A stretch of DNA of 32,000 bases from Alkanindiges illinoisensis DSM 15370 (GTDB taxonomy: Bacteria > Pseudomonadota > Gammaproteobacteria > Pseudomonadales > Moraxellaceae): positions 150,001 to 182,000 of the forward strand of contig NZ_KK211037.1 of NCBI RefSeq assembly GCF_000619845.1, read 5' to 3'. Positions 8,771 to 18,686 of this stretch are shown in pieces (position 1 is the first letter of the stretch; each line of letters begins with the position of its first letter). The translations under genes were made by a program, and so were the position numbers. The notes below the pieces were generated by a model that saw only the letters and a list, made by a program, of their open reading frames with translations, had not been told where the DNA came from and ran no database searches.

Positions 8771-10003
8771 TTAATCCTTATTGTAATAGTTGGGTCGCTG
8801 GATACGGTACAGGCCGCAATTGCCAGAAAACAGGTAGGCAAACAGACAGGCAATCATGGCATAAATGGCAATGGATGAGCCAAACAGCTCAATCGCCAGC
8901 ACAATCGAGGTCAGGGGCGCTTTGCTGGCACCAGAAAAAATCCCCACCAGCCCCAACCCGGCCAGCAGTGAAAAAGACACCGGTAAAATCAGGCCCAGCG
9001 CATTGCCCAGTGTGGTGCCGACAAAAAACAGCGGGGTAATTTCTCCTCCCTTAAAGCCCGAGCCCAGCGTTAAGGCAGTAAACACGGTTTTGTATAAAAA
9101 ATCATAGACCGGTTGCGGCATATAAAAGGACGACACAATAGTGCGTACGCCCAGACCGTTATAGTCGGTATTACTCACCAGCAGGGTGAGCAGCATAATC
9201 AGCAGGCCGCCAAGCATTGGCCGAAATGGCATATAGCGGATATAACGCTTAAACACGGCACTCACTGCGTGAATGGATGCAATGAACAGCCGCGCTGCCA
9301 GCCCAAAGCAAATCCCGGCCAGCATTACGCTTAGTACGGAATTTACCCCAAGGTCTGGAATGGCCGAGATTTTATAATATTCATGCGGATGCACAATATG
9401 AAACCAGTGCGGTACCTGTGACGCCACAATGGACGATAAAAAGCACGGAAAAACTGCCGAATAGCGCAAGCTGCCCAGTGCAGTAATTTCCAGCCCAAAA
9501 AATGCCCCAGCCAGCGGTGTGCCAAAAATAGAGGCAAAACCGGAGCCAATGCTGGCAATTAAAAAAATCTTGCGGTTATCCGGATGCACGCGAAACAGTT
9601 GGGCCAGATGATCGGTAAGCGCACCGGACAGTTGCACCGCCGGCGCTTCACGTCCGGCAGAGCCGCCAAACAGCTGGGTTAAAATGGTGCTTAAAAACAC
9701 TAGGGGGCTCATGCGCTTGGGAATAAATGCGCGTGGCTGGTGAATTTCATCAATCAGCAAATGCGTGCCTTTTTCAATGGGTGTACCCAGCCGGTAAAAT
9801 AGGTAACCCATGGCCAGACCCACCAGCGGCAGGCAAAAAATCAGCCAGTGATGGGTGGTTCTGACCAGCGTGGACAGATCAAAACACATGTAAATCAGGG
9901 TGGACGCCACACCGGACACCAGCCCGATTAACAGTGAGGCTGCCAGCCAGTAAAAGGTATAGCGAATAATTTGACTGTACTCAGATGAGGGAAAAATTTT
10001 CAT
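8771..10003 (-). CDS. ClC family anion channel/transporter, short form without CBS domains, non-canonical selectivity motifs
   Basis: 410-aa polytopic ORF with GGSAGREAPAVQ (GREGP-type motif), GSGFASIFGTPLAGAFFGLE and GASKAPLTSIVLAIE, which are typical of ClC proteins. Confidence 0.85.
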   Translation of the reverse strand: MKIFPSSEYSQIIRYTFYWLAASLLIGLVSGVASTLIYMCFDLSTLVRTTHHWLIFCLPLVGLAMGYLFYRLGTPIEKGTHLLIDEIHQPRAFIPKRMSPLVFLSTILTQLFGGSAGREAPAVQLSGALTDHLAQLFRVHPDNRKIFLIASIGSGFASIFGTPLAGAFFGLEITALGSLRYSAVFPCFLSSIVASQVPHWFHIVHPHEYYKISAIPDLGVNSVLSVMLAGICFGLAARLFIASIHAVSAVFKRYIRYMPFRPMLGGLLIMLLTLLVSNTDYNGLGVRTIVSSFYMPQPVYDFLYKTVFTALTLGSGFKGGEITPLFFVGTTLGNALGLILPVSFSLLAGLGLVGIFSGASKAPLTSIVLAIELFGSSIAIYAMIACLFAYLFSGNCGLYRIQRPNYYNKD

Positions 10004-10435
10004 GTATCAGTCAAAAATCCTTAGGGCTTGGCCGGCATGTTTATGCTCGGGATGGTTGAGCGCATGGGATGGGATGAGGTTTAGGGTTATCATACTCTTA
10101 AAAGTAACAAAATATTTGGGTTAAACGTAGGACATTGGTTTAATCCATGACGTTTTAAAGCCGGTAAACAAATGGTTGTTGCCGGTAACCACGCTCTGTT
10201 AAAACTAAAGCTGACTGTACGGATGCTGGAAAAATGGTGTTAATAAAACGCAGCTAGCCATACATTATTCTGATTCCGTCGAATAAAAATTGTACAATCC
10301 TTAATCATCAATAGGATTCATGTTAAACTGAGCGGTTCTCACGTTTGCTTTATTTCTTTGCCTGGAAAATGCCAGCCTGTTTAGCAAGCCCGTTTTATTG
10401 CGCAAGTCCAATTTGCCGTTCAAAGAGCCGCCAGC

Positions 10436-12820
10436 ATGTCTACCGCTTATAAAGATATTGATACCCCAACCCGGTTGTTTGATTACAACAAGCATTGGGC
10501 ATCATGTTTTGAGCCTGCCCCATTTTTGCCAATGTCACGTCTTGAGATGGATGCATTAGGCTGGGATGCGTGCGACTTTATTATCATTTGCGGTGATGCC
10601 TATGTGGATCATCCGTCATTTTGTTCCGGTATTATTGGCCGAACACTGGAAGCGCAGGGCTTTCGGGTAGGCATTATTGCCCAGCCGGACTGGACATCGG
10701 CGGAAGCATTCAAGGCATTGGGCAAGCCAGTGTATGCCTATGGCGTTACCGCTGGCAACATGGATTCCATGATTAACCGCTATACGGCTGACCGCAAGAT
10801 TCGCTCGGATGATGCCTATTCACCGGGCAATGTACCCAACAAGCGCCCGGATCGTGCAGCGATTGTTTACTCACAGCGTTGCCGCGAGGCTTATCCTGAC
10901 GTGCCAGTCTTGCTGGGTGGCATTGAAGGCAGCCTGCGCCGCATTGCCCATTATGATTACTGGTCGGACAAGGTGCGCCGTTCCATTTTAATGGATGCCA
11001 AGGCCGATTTATTGATGTATGGCAATGGCGAGCGTTCCATTGTAGAAGTCCTGCATCGCTTAGCCAAAGGCGAGAACATCAAGGATATTACCGATGTTCG
11101 TGGTACGGCATTTATTTTAAATAAAAACGGCAAGCAGGCCAAAAAAGACTTTATTGAAATTGCCAGTAATGATGTCGACAGTATTGGCCGGGTTGATCCA
11201 ATTATTAATCCCTATGTCATGACTGAAGATCTGGAAGGCTGTGACATTGAGCAAAAAAAGGATTCCGTTAGTCAGTATCAGGGTTTTGTCAAAGAACCGG
11301 TTGCTAATCCCATTATCCGCGAAGGCACCCAACTTGATGCTGATACGCAAATCGTGCAACTTAAAGTAGCGCCCAGCAAAGCCATTAAACACAAGCTGCC
11401 ACCGCGTGAGTTATCGGTCATTCGCTTGCCGGACTTTGAACAGGTCGCCAATGACCCGGTGCTGTATGCACATGCCAACCGGATTTTGCATCTGGAAACC
11501 AATCCCGGCAATGCCCGTGCCTTAGTACAACGGCATGGTGACCGTGATGTATGGATCAATCCGCCGCCGATTCCATTAACCACCGAAGAAATGGATTATG
11601 TGTTTGACCTGCCTTATGCGCGTTTGCCGCATCCGGCCTATGGCGATGCCCGCATCCCCGCCTTTGACATGATCAAGTTTTCAGTCAACATCATGCGTGG
11701 CTGTTTTGGTGGTTGCACCTTTTGTTCGATTACCGAACATGAAGGCCGCATTATCCAGAACCGCTCAGAAGAATCCATTTTGCGAGAAGTGGAAAAAATC
11801 CGTGACACCGCCCCGCAGTTTACCGGGGTGATTTCCGACTTAGGTGGCCCAACAGCCAACATGTACCGGTTGGCCTGTAAAGACCCGCAAATTGAAAAAA
11901 ACTGCCGCAAGCCGTCCTGTGTATATCCGGGCGTGTGTGACAACTTGCATACCGACCATGCGCCGCTAACCCAGCTTTACCGTAAGGCGCGTGCCATTAA
12001 GGGCATCAAGAAAATCCTGATTGGTTCCGGCCTGCGCTATGACTTGGCGGTCTTAAATCCTGAATATGTGCGTGAGCTGGTTACCCATCATGTCGGCGGT
12101 TACCTCAAAATTGCGCCGGAACATACCGAAGAAAATGCCCTGTCCAAAATGATGAAACCGGGCATTGGCACCTATGACCGCTTTAAGCAAATGTTTGACC
12201 GCTTTAGCAAGGAAGCCGGCAAGGAACAGTATCTGATTCCCTATTTTATTGCGGCGCATCCGGGCACGACTGATTACGACATGATGAATTTGGCCATCTG
12301 GCTGAAGAAAAACGGGTTCCGTGCCGATCAGGTCCAAACCTTTTATCCAAGCCCGATGGCCACCGCCACCACCATGTACCACACCTTAAAGAATCCGTTG
12401 CGTAAGGTATCGCGCCATTCTGAGACGGTGGATATTGTCAAAGGTGAAAAACGCCGCCGCTTGCATAAGGCATTCCTGCGTTATCATGATCCCAACAACT
12501 GGCCATTGTTGCGTGAAGCCCTTAAAAGTATGGGCCGTAGTGACCTGATTGGTAACAGCAAGCAGCATTTGATTCCGACTTACCAGCCACAAGGTACGGA
12601 AGGCGAATACAACTCAGCCCGCAAGAAAAACTCCAGTGTGGCAGGCGATTCGCAAAAACGTAGTGGTTCCCAGCCACGTAGTACGGCATCAAGCCAGCCC
12701 AAGCGGCCGCAAAAAGGGCAGATTCTGACCCAGCATACCGGTCTGCCACCACGCGAGCAAAAGGACAGCCCACAGGACAGCAAAAACCGTCCGGCCAGAA
12801 CCAAGCAAAGAGCGCGTTAA
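10436..12820 (+). CDS. ygiQ: YgiQ family radical SAM protein (UPF0313)
   Basis: 794-aa ORF. The N-terminus [38 protein letters not shown] closely parallels E. coli YgiQ. Radical-SAM cluster motif CFGGCTFCS. Basic low-complexity C-terminal tail. Confidence 0.92.
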   Translation: MSTAYKDIDTPTRLFDYNKHWASCFEPAPFLPMSRLEMDALGWDACDFIIICGDAYVDHPSFCSGIIGRTLEAQGFRVGIIAQPDWTSAEAFKALGKPVYAYGVTAGNMDSMINRYTADRKIRSDDAYSPGNVPNKRPDRAAIVYSQRCREAYPDVPVLLGGIEGSLRRIAHYDYWSDKVRRSILMDAKADLLMYGNGERSIVEVLHRLAKGENIKDITDVRGTAFILNKNGKQAKKDFIEIASNDVDSIGRVDPIINPYVMTEDLEGCDIEQKKDSVSQYQGFVKEPVANPIIREGTQLDADTQIVQLKVAPSKAIKHKLPPRELSVIRLPDFEQVANDPVLYAHANRILHLETNPGNARALVQRHGDRDVWINPPPIPLTTEEMDYVFDLPYARLPHPAYGDARIPAFDMIKFSVNIMRGCFGGCTFCSITEHEGRIIQNRSEESILREVEKIRDTAPQFTGVISDLGGPTANMYRLACKDPQIEKNCRKPSCVYPGVCDNLHTDHAPLTQLYRKARAIKGIKKILIGSGLRYDLAVLNPEYVRELVTHHVGGYLKIAPEHTEENALSKMMKPGIGTYDRFKQMFDRFSKEAGKEQYLIPYFIAAHPGTTDYDMMNLAIWLKKNGFRADQVQTFYPSPMATATTMYHTLKNPLRKVSRHSETVDIVKGEKRRRLHKAFLRYHDPNNWPLLREALKSMGRSDLIGNSKQHLIPTYQPQGTEGEYNSARKKNSSVAGDSQKRSGSQPRSTASSQPKRPQKGQILTQHTGLPPREQKDSPQDSKNRPARTKQRAR

Positions 12821-12836
12821 TTTCCAGCGCAAATCT

Positions 12837-12864
12837 AAAAAAGGACTCCAGTGAGTCCTTTTTT
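12837..12864. terminator. bidirectional rho-independent terminator between convergent ygiQ and the GST gene
   Basis: AAAAAAGGACTC CAGT GAGTCCTTTTTT: a perfect 8-bp GC-containing stem flanked by an A-tract and a T-tract. Confidence 0.85.
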
Positions 12865-12875
12865 ACGGTCTGGAT

Positions 12876-13481
12876 TTAGGGGTTGGGCGCAAAAGCTGCC
12901 TGAAAGCTGGGACGCTGTTTTAGATGATCGGTATAGCGTAAAATTACGGGATGCGGTTCAAGGCGCTGAAAGCTAAGCATATACATCAGATGTGAGCCAA
13001 CAAACACATCAGCAGCAGTAAATTGCTCGCCACATAAATAGGGATTTGCTTCGCTTAAGCCACTGATTAACGCATTCAAGGCGGTTTCATAGTTGCCATA
13101 ACCCACAAAACCTTCCTGTTCTTTGGTTGGTATAGCACCCAGTACCTGATCGGTGGTGGCCATTGACCACGGGCCAGCCACCATAAAAAACCAGCGATAA
13201 TACAGGCCACGCTTGGGGTCATTCAGTGCAGGAGCCAGACCTTTTTCGGCATATTTATCCGCCAGATAAGCACAAATGGCCGCTAATTCATAAATTACCA
13301 CCTCGCCATCCACCAGCGCGGGTACTTTGCCAAACGGGTTAATCGCCAGATATTCGGGTGCTTTCATGCTGGTGCCATATTCCAGTTGCACCCGCTCACA
13401 ATCAATACCCAGCTCTGCCAGCATAATGTCAACCACGCGGCTACGTGATTGCGGATGGGTATAAAATGTCATTTGGCTCAT
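12876..13481 (-). CDS. glutathione S-transferase family protein
   Basis: The ORF track gives 12876..13520. I prefer the start at M14 (MSQMTFYTHPQS, nt 13481), which has an AAGGAAAA Shine-Dalgarno 7 nt upstream. Thioredoxin-like N-domain (FGKVPALVDGEVVIYELAAI) and helical C-domain typical of GSTs. Confidence 0.8.
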   Translation of the reverse strand: MSQMTFYTHPQSRSRVVDIMLAELGIDCERVQLEYGTSMKAPEYLAINPFGKVPALVDGEVVIYELAAICAYLADKYAEKGLAPALNDPKRGLYYRWFFMVAGPWSMATTDQVLGAIPTKEQEGFVGYGNYETALNALISGLSEANPYLCGEQFTAADVFVGSHLMYMLSFQRLEPHPVILRYTDHLKQRPSFQAAFAPNP

Positions 13482-13534
13482 TGTTGGTTTTCCTTGCTGT
13501 TGTTGTCTGTCCTGCATCATAAGCTGTAGTTGTG

Positions 13535-14233
13535 TCAGTTTCTGTCAGTAGCAATCGTAATGCGCTGGCTGATGCACCATTGTTTAAATAACTGTTTTTT
13601 ATACGATGGATAATATTCATCAATCACTTTGCAGGCCTGTATCCGATCCAGCCGGAAATGCCGGAAATCACTGCGCAGCTCACACCAGGCGGCCAATATC
13701 ATCTTGTCGTTAAAATAACCAATAGTAAATGGCCAGACCATGCGCTTGCCTTGCTGTCCGGCTTCATTTTCATAATCAATATGCAGCTTTTTTTGCTGGC
13801 GAGTGGCTAGCCGGATGCACGCCACAATGTCCTGATTAACGGGCAGCCACTGATTGATGGCATACAGCGTAGTTTGCTCAAACAGGCGCTGCTGCGGTTC
13901 AGGCAAGACGGCTTGCAGTTTGGCTAGAATGGACGTTGCTGCCTGTTTTAAGGGATCATCCGGTAAATGCGCCACCCAGCGCGTACCCAGAATCAGGGCT
14001 TCAATTTCGTTTTCAGTCCACATCATCGGGGGTAGGAAAAAACCGGTTTGTAGCTGAAAACCCAGGCCAGCTTCGCCAGCAATATTGGCACCCTGATTTT
14101 TAAGTGTTTCAATATCGCGGTAAATGGTGCGCACACTGACATCCAGCCGATGAGCCAGCGTTTCCGCAGTGACCGGAAAGTGATGTTCGCGCAGGAGTTG
14201 CAGCAATTGAAGCAGGCGCTGGCTACGGTTCAT
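13535..14233 (-). CDS. YafY family transcriptional regulator (HTH + WYL domain)
   Basis: MNRSQRLLQLLQLLREHHFPVTAETLAHRLDVSVRTIYRDIETL is the YafY/DeoR-type HTH. The C-terminal WPFTIGYFNDKMILAAWCELRSDFRHFRLDRI is a WYL-type domain. Start chosen at M19 of the tracked ORF (13535..14287). Confidence 0.85.
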   Translation of the reverse strand: MNRSQRLLQLLQLLREHHFPVTAETLAHRLDVSVRTIYRDIETLKNQGANIAGEAGLGFQLQTGFFLPPMMWTENEIEALILGTRWVAHLPDDPLKQAATSILAKLQAVLPEPQQRLFEQTTLYAINQWLPVNQDIVACIRLATRQQKKLHIDYENEAGQQGKRMVWPFTIGYFNDKMILAAWCELRSDFRHFRLDRIQACKVIDEYYPSYKKQLFKQWCISQRITIATDRN

Positions 14234-14523
14234 GGTGTGTATATAAGGGCAAAGAATAAAATGAACGGTTATAGCATTGTTTTCCAAGAATTTAGAAGGC
14301 TATTCTGATTTATTGGCAATCCCATAATTAAGGCCATTACCGCTGGACAGTTACTTATGGACAGTAAATCAACCAGCCATAAAAATGAAAAAATCCCAAA
14401 AGGGATATAGAAAAATGAGTTTGGGGTTTTAATCTGAATCTGATTATCGCGTGTAGTAATCGATAAAAATTAGCCAGTTTTTTAATTGCTTAGTGTCATT
14501 TTATTTAAACACCAGCTTACGCA

Positions 14524-14763
14524 CTAGGCCAGGGCACAAGTGGTAAGACTGGTTAATTGCGCCTGATAAAATTTCTGGCGTTGCTGCAATTCCTGAATGC
14601 GCTGCTGCAGCGTATGGCGGGATGCCTGCTGATGAAATTCATTCAGCTTTTTGTTAAGTATACGGATTTCCTGCACACAGCGGACTTGTAGCTTATACAG
14701 TCTTTCCCGGTATACTTCCGGATTTTCAGCCTTGGCCAAATGGCTGGATACATCAATACTCAT
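14524..14763 (-). CDS. hypothetical small coiled-coil protein (79 aa)
   Basis: Strong Shine-Dalgarno (AAAGAGGTG, 5 nt spacing). Heptad-like Gln/Leu/Arg-rich sequence. No family recognised. Confidence 0.5.
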   Translation of the reverse strand: MSIDVSSHLAKAENPEVYRERLYKLQVRCVQEIRILNKKLNEFHQQASRHTLQQRIQELQQRQKFYQAQLTSLTTCALA

Positions 14764-14989
14764 GATTCACCTCTTTAACAATTGCAGGGTTTTTTTGAGC
14801 TTTATTTTTAACAAAGACGTATGACGTTCTTGTGACAGCCTGCAAAATCAATTCAGGAATTGCGAGCCGAAGTGTAAAAAAATATCACCAGCCAGTTGCC
14901 CAATTTCAACCAAGCCCGTACAGCCGCCTGCATGAATTGCGTCACAATCAACTTAGTGAACATCCAGTATTTCCGGGAGATCGCCCATA

Positions 14990-15571
14990 ATGCAGGCCAA
15001 AAGGTCAGTCAGCACTGTACAAGCTGCCAAATCCGCCACAAGTCACGTGCCGCACCGTGCTGCACGGGTACACTCAAACAGCTTTGATTACAGTCTGGAC
15101 TTTAAGCAAATTGATTTTCGCCAGCATCCTGAACTGTACCGGGTGGGACGGGGTGAGCAGGGCGTGTTGCTGGTGGAACCATATAAGTCAGAGATTTTGC
15201 CGCACTGGCGCTTTGCCGATGCGGACAAGGCGCGGCTTAGCAGTGAAAAGATTTTTGAGTTGTTTTTAAATTATCTGGACAATGATGACTTTGTTGGGGC
15301 CGACATGGCGCGCAAATTCCTGCAAATGGGCTATACCCGGGCGCGGCGTTATGCCAACCATAAAGGCGGTAAAAAATATGATGGCCCGGTGCCGGATGAC
15401 AAAAAAGGCTTAAGTGGTGCTCATGGCCGTGATGAATTGCCGCGCACGCCGGAAGACCCAGTCAAGGCAGCCGCTGCACAGATTTTTAAGGCCAAGTGGG
15501 ATGAAGCTAAAGTCCATCCTCGTTATATAAAGCTTAAAGAAACATTTCAGCAAATGATCCAAAACGCCTAG
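14990..15571 (+). CDS. DUF4385 domain-containing protein
   Basis: HPELYRVGRGEQGVLLVEPYKSEILPHWRF...FVGADMARKFLQMGYTRARRYANHKGGKKY matches my recollection of the conserved DUF4385 core. GGGAGA Shine-Dalgarno about 10 nt upstream. Confidence 0.75.
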   Translation: MQAKRSVSTVQAAKSATSHVPHRAARVHSNSFDYSLDFKQIDFRQHPELYRVGRGEQGVLLVEPYKSEILPHWRFADADKARLSSEKIFELFLNYLDNDDFVGADMARKFLQMGYTRARRYANHKGGKKYDGPVPDDKKGLSGAHGRDELPRTPEDPVKAAAAQIFKAKWDEAKVHPRYIKLKETFQQMIQNA

Positions 15572-15859
15572 AACAAATAAGGGCATTTTGCGATGGCTTT
15601 CACAAAAAGGCTTGATTCTGGTGCAACAGTTTTCTGTGGTTTATCTATCAAATTAAATATTTTTGAGTAATAGATATATTAAACAAATAGTTAATTAATA
15701 ATAGATTAAAACTCTTAATGAAAATCAGGTCACAAAATCCTGCTTAAGTTTGGCTTACTTATTGCTTCAGGGTAATAAGTTCAATAAGGAAAAAGGGGTC
15801 ACCCGGTTTTGCGGCCCGGTAAGCCTTTTAATGCCAGCCATGCTTGAGGAAACAATAGA

Positions 15860-16231
15860 GTGAAAAACAGTTTTGGGCACAATGATTATGTGAATGCGGA
15901 ATTTTTTTCATTGGCCAGCCAGTTATATGTGCGCTTGCGCCGTCAGCAGGGGCGGGTGATTGACAGTGTGTATATGACCCAGAACCCGGATTATGCCCAG
16001 GAAATCCTGCGGCTGGCGCGAACTGATGCCGATGCCGACATGGCAGGATTAATCCAGCGTCTTGAGCGGTTTGTGCCAGCTGCGGTCACTGGCATTCCTG
16101 TATTACAGGAGAGAGTGAGTCGCGCTACTGAACAGGGAAGCAGTGCCTCAAGCGTGCAGTTGTCTGCCGGGATTGAAGACAAATATGCACAGCAGGAAGT
16201 GCCGCACCATTATATTGGCGCGTTGCGTTAA
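15860..16231 (+). CDS. hypothetical protein (123 aa), GTG start
   Basis: GAGGA Shine-Dalgarno 9 nt upstream of the GTG. Codon composition resembles that of neighbouring genes. No family recognised. Confidence 0.5.
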   Translation: MKNSFGHNDYVNAEFFSLASQLYVRLRRQQGRVIDSVYMTQNPDYAQEILRLARTDADADMAGLIQRLERFVPAAVTGIPVLQERVSRATEQGSSASSVQLSAGIEDKYAQQEVPHHYIGALR

Positions 16232-16255
16232 GCCTGTAAACCTTGTGATGCTGGT

Positions 16256-17731
16256 TTAGGATGATTCAGGTAGGCCCACTTCCGCCTGTTCCTGTCGTTT
16301 GCATTGTTTGTCTTCCGGCTCAAGTTGCCAGAAAATCCAGGTGGCAGCCATGGTCATGGCACCCATGCAAATAAACGTGGCATGGAAAGCACTCAGCACC
16401 TGGGTTTGATTATGCAAGGTCTGATAATGCGCCGTAAACCCGGACAGGATTGCCCCGGCTGCTGCCACCCCTAAACTCATGGACAGCATCATGATCATTG
16501 AGAGCAGGCTGTTGCCGCTACTGGCATGGCGCTGTTCCAAATCTTTTAAGGTGAGGGTATTCATGGCGGTAAATTGCACCGAATTAAACATGCCAAACAC
16601 AAAGAAATGAATGGCTTTTAACCAGGTGGGCTGGTCGGCAGGAATCAGCGCAAAACTGGCAATGCCCAGACCCACAATTAAAGTATTGCTCACCAGCACG
16701 CGCCGGTAGCCAATGCGCTGGATTAAAGGCGTGATAATCCGCTTGACCGTCATGGCACCCAGAATCAGGGGCATCATCATCAGGCCAGCTTCTACCGGGC
16801 TATAGCCCAGCGCCAGTTGCAGCATCAGCGGCATTAAAAAAGGAATCGAACCGCCGCCAAGCCGGGCAAACAGGTTGCCAAAAATACCAATACTAAAGGT
16901 GCGGTTTTGAAATAGGTCGGCCCGAAACAAGGCATTGCTGTGTTTGTGCGCATGAAAACCATAACCCACCACTGCGGCAATGCCCATGATCAGCAAAATC
17001 AGCATGACTGCAACCATACTATGATCGGACAGGCCATCAAGCGCCAGCGACAAACACACCATGCCCACCACCAGCAATACATAGCCACTTAAATCAAAGC
17101 TGGGAACAGCCGGATTTTTTAATACTGGCATCACGCGCAGGGTTAACAGCGCCCCAATAATGCCAATGGGCAGGTTAATCAAGAAAATCCAGTGCCAGCT
17201 GGCCACTTCCACCAGCCAGCCGCCCAGTGCCGGACCAACCAATGGGCCAATCAAACCCGGAATGGTAATAAAGCTCATGGCTGCCAGAAACTGGGCACGC
17301 GGTACAATCCGCAAAATTGCCAATCGCCCAACCGGCAGCAGCATGGCACCGCCCACGCCCTGCAATACCCGTGCTGCAATCAGCTGGTTAAGGCTTTGCG
17401 ACAGGGCACAAAATAACGATGCCAGTGAAAAAATCACAATGGCACCCAAAAAGGCATAGCGGATGCCAATGCGGTCTGCCAGCCAGCCACTGGCCGGAAT
17501 CACTGCGGCCACCGACAGCACATAGGCCACCACCACCGATTGCATTTGCAGCGGACTTTCTCCCAGATTATGCGCAATGCTGGGCAGGGCGGTATTTACA
17601 ATGGTGGAATCCAGCGACTGCATAAAAAAGCCCAGCGCCACCAGCCACAGCAGGGTTTTATAATCAGGATCAACCTTGATCGGCGACTGCACTGGCTGAC
17701 GCGAAGACGCAGCAGGAATAGAATTGGCCAC
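16256..17731 (-). CDS. mdtD: MFS transporter, DHA2 (14-TMS) family, MdtD-like putative efflux pump
   Basis: 491-aa ORF. FFMQSLDSTIVNTALPSIAHNLGESPLQMQ...ASGWLADRIG...LQGVGGAMLLPVGRL...SWHWIFLINLPIGIIG parallels E. coli MdtD nearly motif for motif. GTG start with a GAGGT Shine-Dalgarno. Confidence 0.88.
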   Translation of the reverse strand: MANSIPAASSRQPVQSPIKVDPDYKTLLWLVALGFFMQSLDSTIVNTALPSIAHNLGESPLQMQSVVVAYVLSVAAVIPASGWLADRIGIRYAFLGAIVIFSLASLFCALSQSLNQLIAARVLQGVGGAMLLPVGRLAILRIVPRAQFLAAMSFITIPGLIGPLVGPALGGWLVEVASWHWIFLINLPIGIIGALLTLRVMPVLKNPAVPSFDLSGYVLLVVGMVCLSLALDGLSDHSMVAVMLILLIMGIAAVVGYGFHAHKHSNALFRADLFQNRTFSIGIFGNLFARLGGGSIPFLMPLMLQLALGYSPVEAGLMMMPLILGAMTVKRIITPLIQRIGYRRVLVSNTLIVGLGIASFALIPADQPTWLKAIHFFVFGMFNSVQFTAMNTLTLKDLEQRHASSGNSLLSMIMMLSMSLGVAAAGAILSGFTAHYQTLHNQTQVLSAFHATFICMGAMTMAATWIFWQLEPEDKQCKRQEQAEVGLPESS

Positions 17732-18057
17732 AAGCTACCTCACAGGCAACGGGCTGAAGCAAAGCCAGCTCAAATCAAACGAAATAAAAACAGGAACAAT
17801 AGGGGCAGCGATATCCTAAGCAACTAGTCCCCATAGCAGCTAGGCCCAGTGTAAAGGCTACAGCAGCCTTGGGCTGTAACAAGCTGTTGTATGATGATAA
17901 GTTTTGCTTGATCGAAGCTTTAATCGAACAAAGTTTGGTTCAATTAAAGCTTTATTCGATTTAAAGCCTTACTAAAAAACCTAAGCTGTCTGACTTGTGC
18001 TGTCCCTTGCAAAACTAAAGTACAATCAGCCCAGTGTTGGATTGAACCGAGATAGCA

Positions 18058-18528
18058 ATGACTCCGGCCTGCCGCCTGCTAAACCAGCAGAAAATCAGCT
18101 ACAGTCTCCATGACTATGAGCACGACCCTGCCTGTAGCAACTTTGGACTGGAAGCCGCCCAGAAACTCAACCTGCCGCTGGAACAGGTGTTTAAAACCCT
18201 GCTGGTGACTGATGACAAACAGTTTTATGTCACCATTTTGCCAGTCAGCCATACCTTGAACCTGAAAAAAGCGGCACAGGCACTGGCTTGCAAAAAACTG
18301 CATCTGGCTGATATCAAGGATGCCGAACGCATTACAGGCTATCTGGTGGGTGGCATTAGTCCGGTAGGCCAGAAGAAACGCCTGACCACCCTGATTGATG
18401 CCTCGGCGCAGTCATTGGCAATCATGTATGTCAGTGGCGGGCGGCGCGGGCTGGATATTGGTTTAAAACCACATGATTTGGCAGCCGTCATTCAGGCGCG
18501 TTTTGCTGATATTCTGGATGAGCATTAA
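18058..18528 (+). CDS. ybaK: Cys-tRNA(Pro)/Cys-tRNA(Cys) deacylase YbaK
   Basis: The 156-aa ORF is collinear with E. coli YbaK (ISYSLHDYEHDP, FKTLLV, TGYLVGGISPVGQKKRL, YVSGGRRGLDI). Confidence 0.92.
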   Translation: MTPACRLLNQQKISYSLHDYEHDPACSNFGLEAAQKLNLPLEQVFKTLLVTDDKQFYVTILPVSHTLNLKKAAQALACKKLHLADIKDAERITGYLVGGISPVGQKKRLTTLIDASAQSLAIMYVSGGRRGLDIGLKPHDLAAVIQARFADILDEH

Positions 18529-18634
18529 CGTCCTTCGACAGGCTCAGGAACCGCCCTTCGGTGGTTGATGAGCCTACCGAACCACAAGTCAGGAACCGTG
18601 TCGAACGACGGTTGCTGAGCTTGTCCAACCACAG
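18529..18634. repeat. composite extragenic palindromic repeat, copy B (at least 3 units of TTCGACARGCTCAGSAACCG in alternating orientation)
   Basis: TTCGACAGGCTCAGGAACCG (forward), TTGATGAGCCTACCGAA (reverse, degenerate) and CGGTTGCTGAGCTTGTCCAA (reverse), plus small internal hairpins (AACCGCCCTTCGGTGGTT; AACCGTGTCGAACGACGGTT). It starts directly after the ybaK stop. Confidence 0.7.
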
Positions 18635-18686
18635 CAAAAGAATCCAACCATAATTTTGCAAGCCTTCTACTCAAGGAAAATTCCAA

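Noticed and set aside
8503-8878. ORFs 8503..8688 (minus) and 8666..8878 (plus) in the GMC/ClC intergenic region.
   Set aside because: The first is the translation of the palindromic repeat (…RPRHELVEPWRNH…), a known type of spurious ORF. The second overlaps the 3' end of the ClC gene antisense and has no Shine-Dalgarno.
10004-10300. Searched the ClC upstream region for a fluoride (crcB-motif) riboswitch.
   Set aside because: I could not find the conserved CUGAUGAUGCCUAC-like 3' element (GTAGGCATCATCAG on the plus strand) or anything close to it. No riboswitch is claimed.
13535-14233. The WYL-domain regulator, considered as a marker of a defence island.
   Set aside because: It is a standard YafY-type regulator co-oriented with a GST gene. 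Its flanking genes (ygiQ and small unknowns) carry no nuclease, helicase, ATPase or other defence-type domains.
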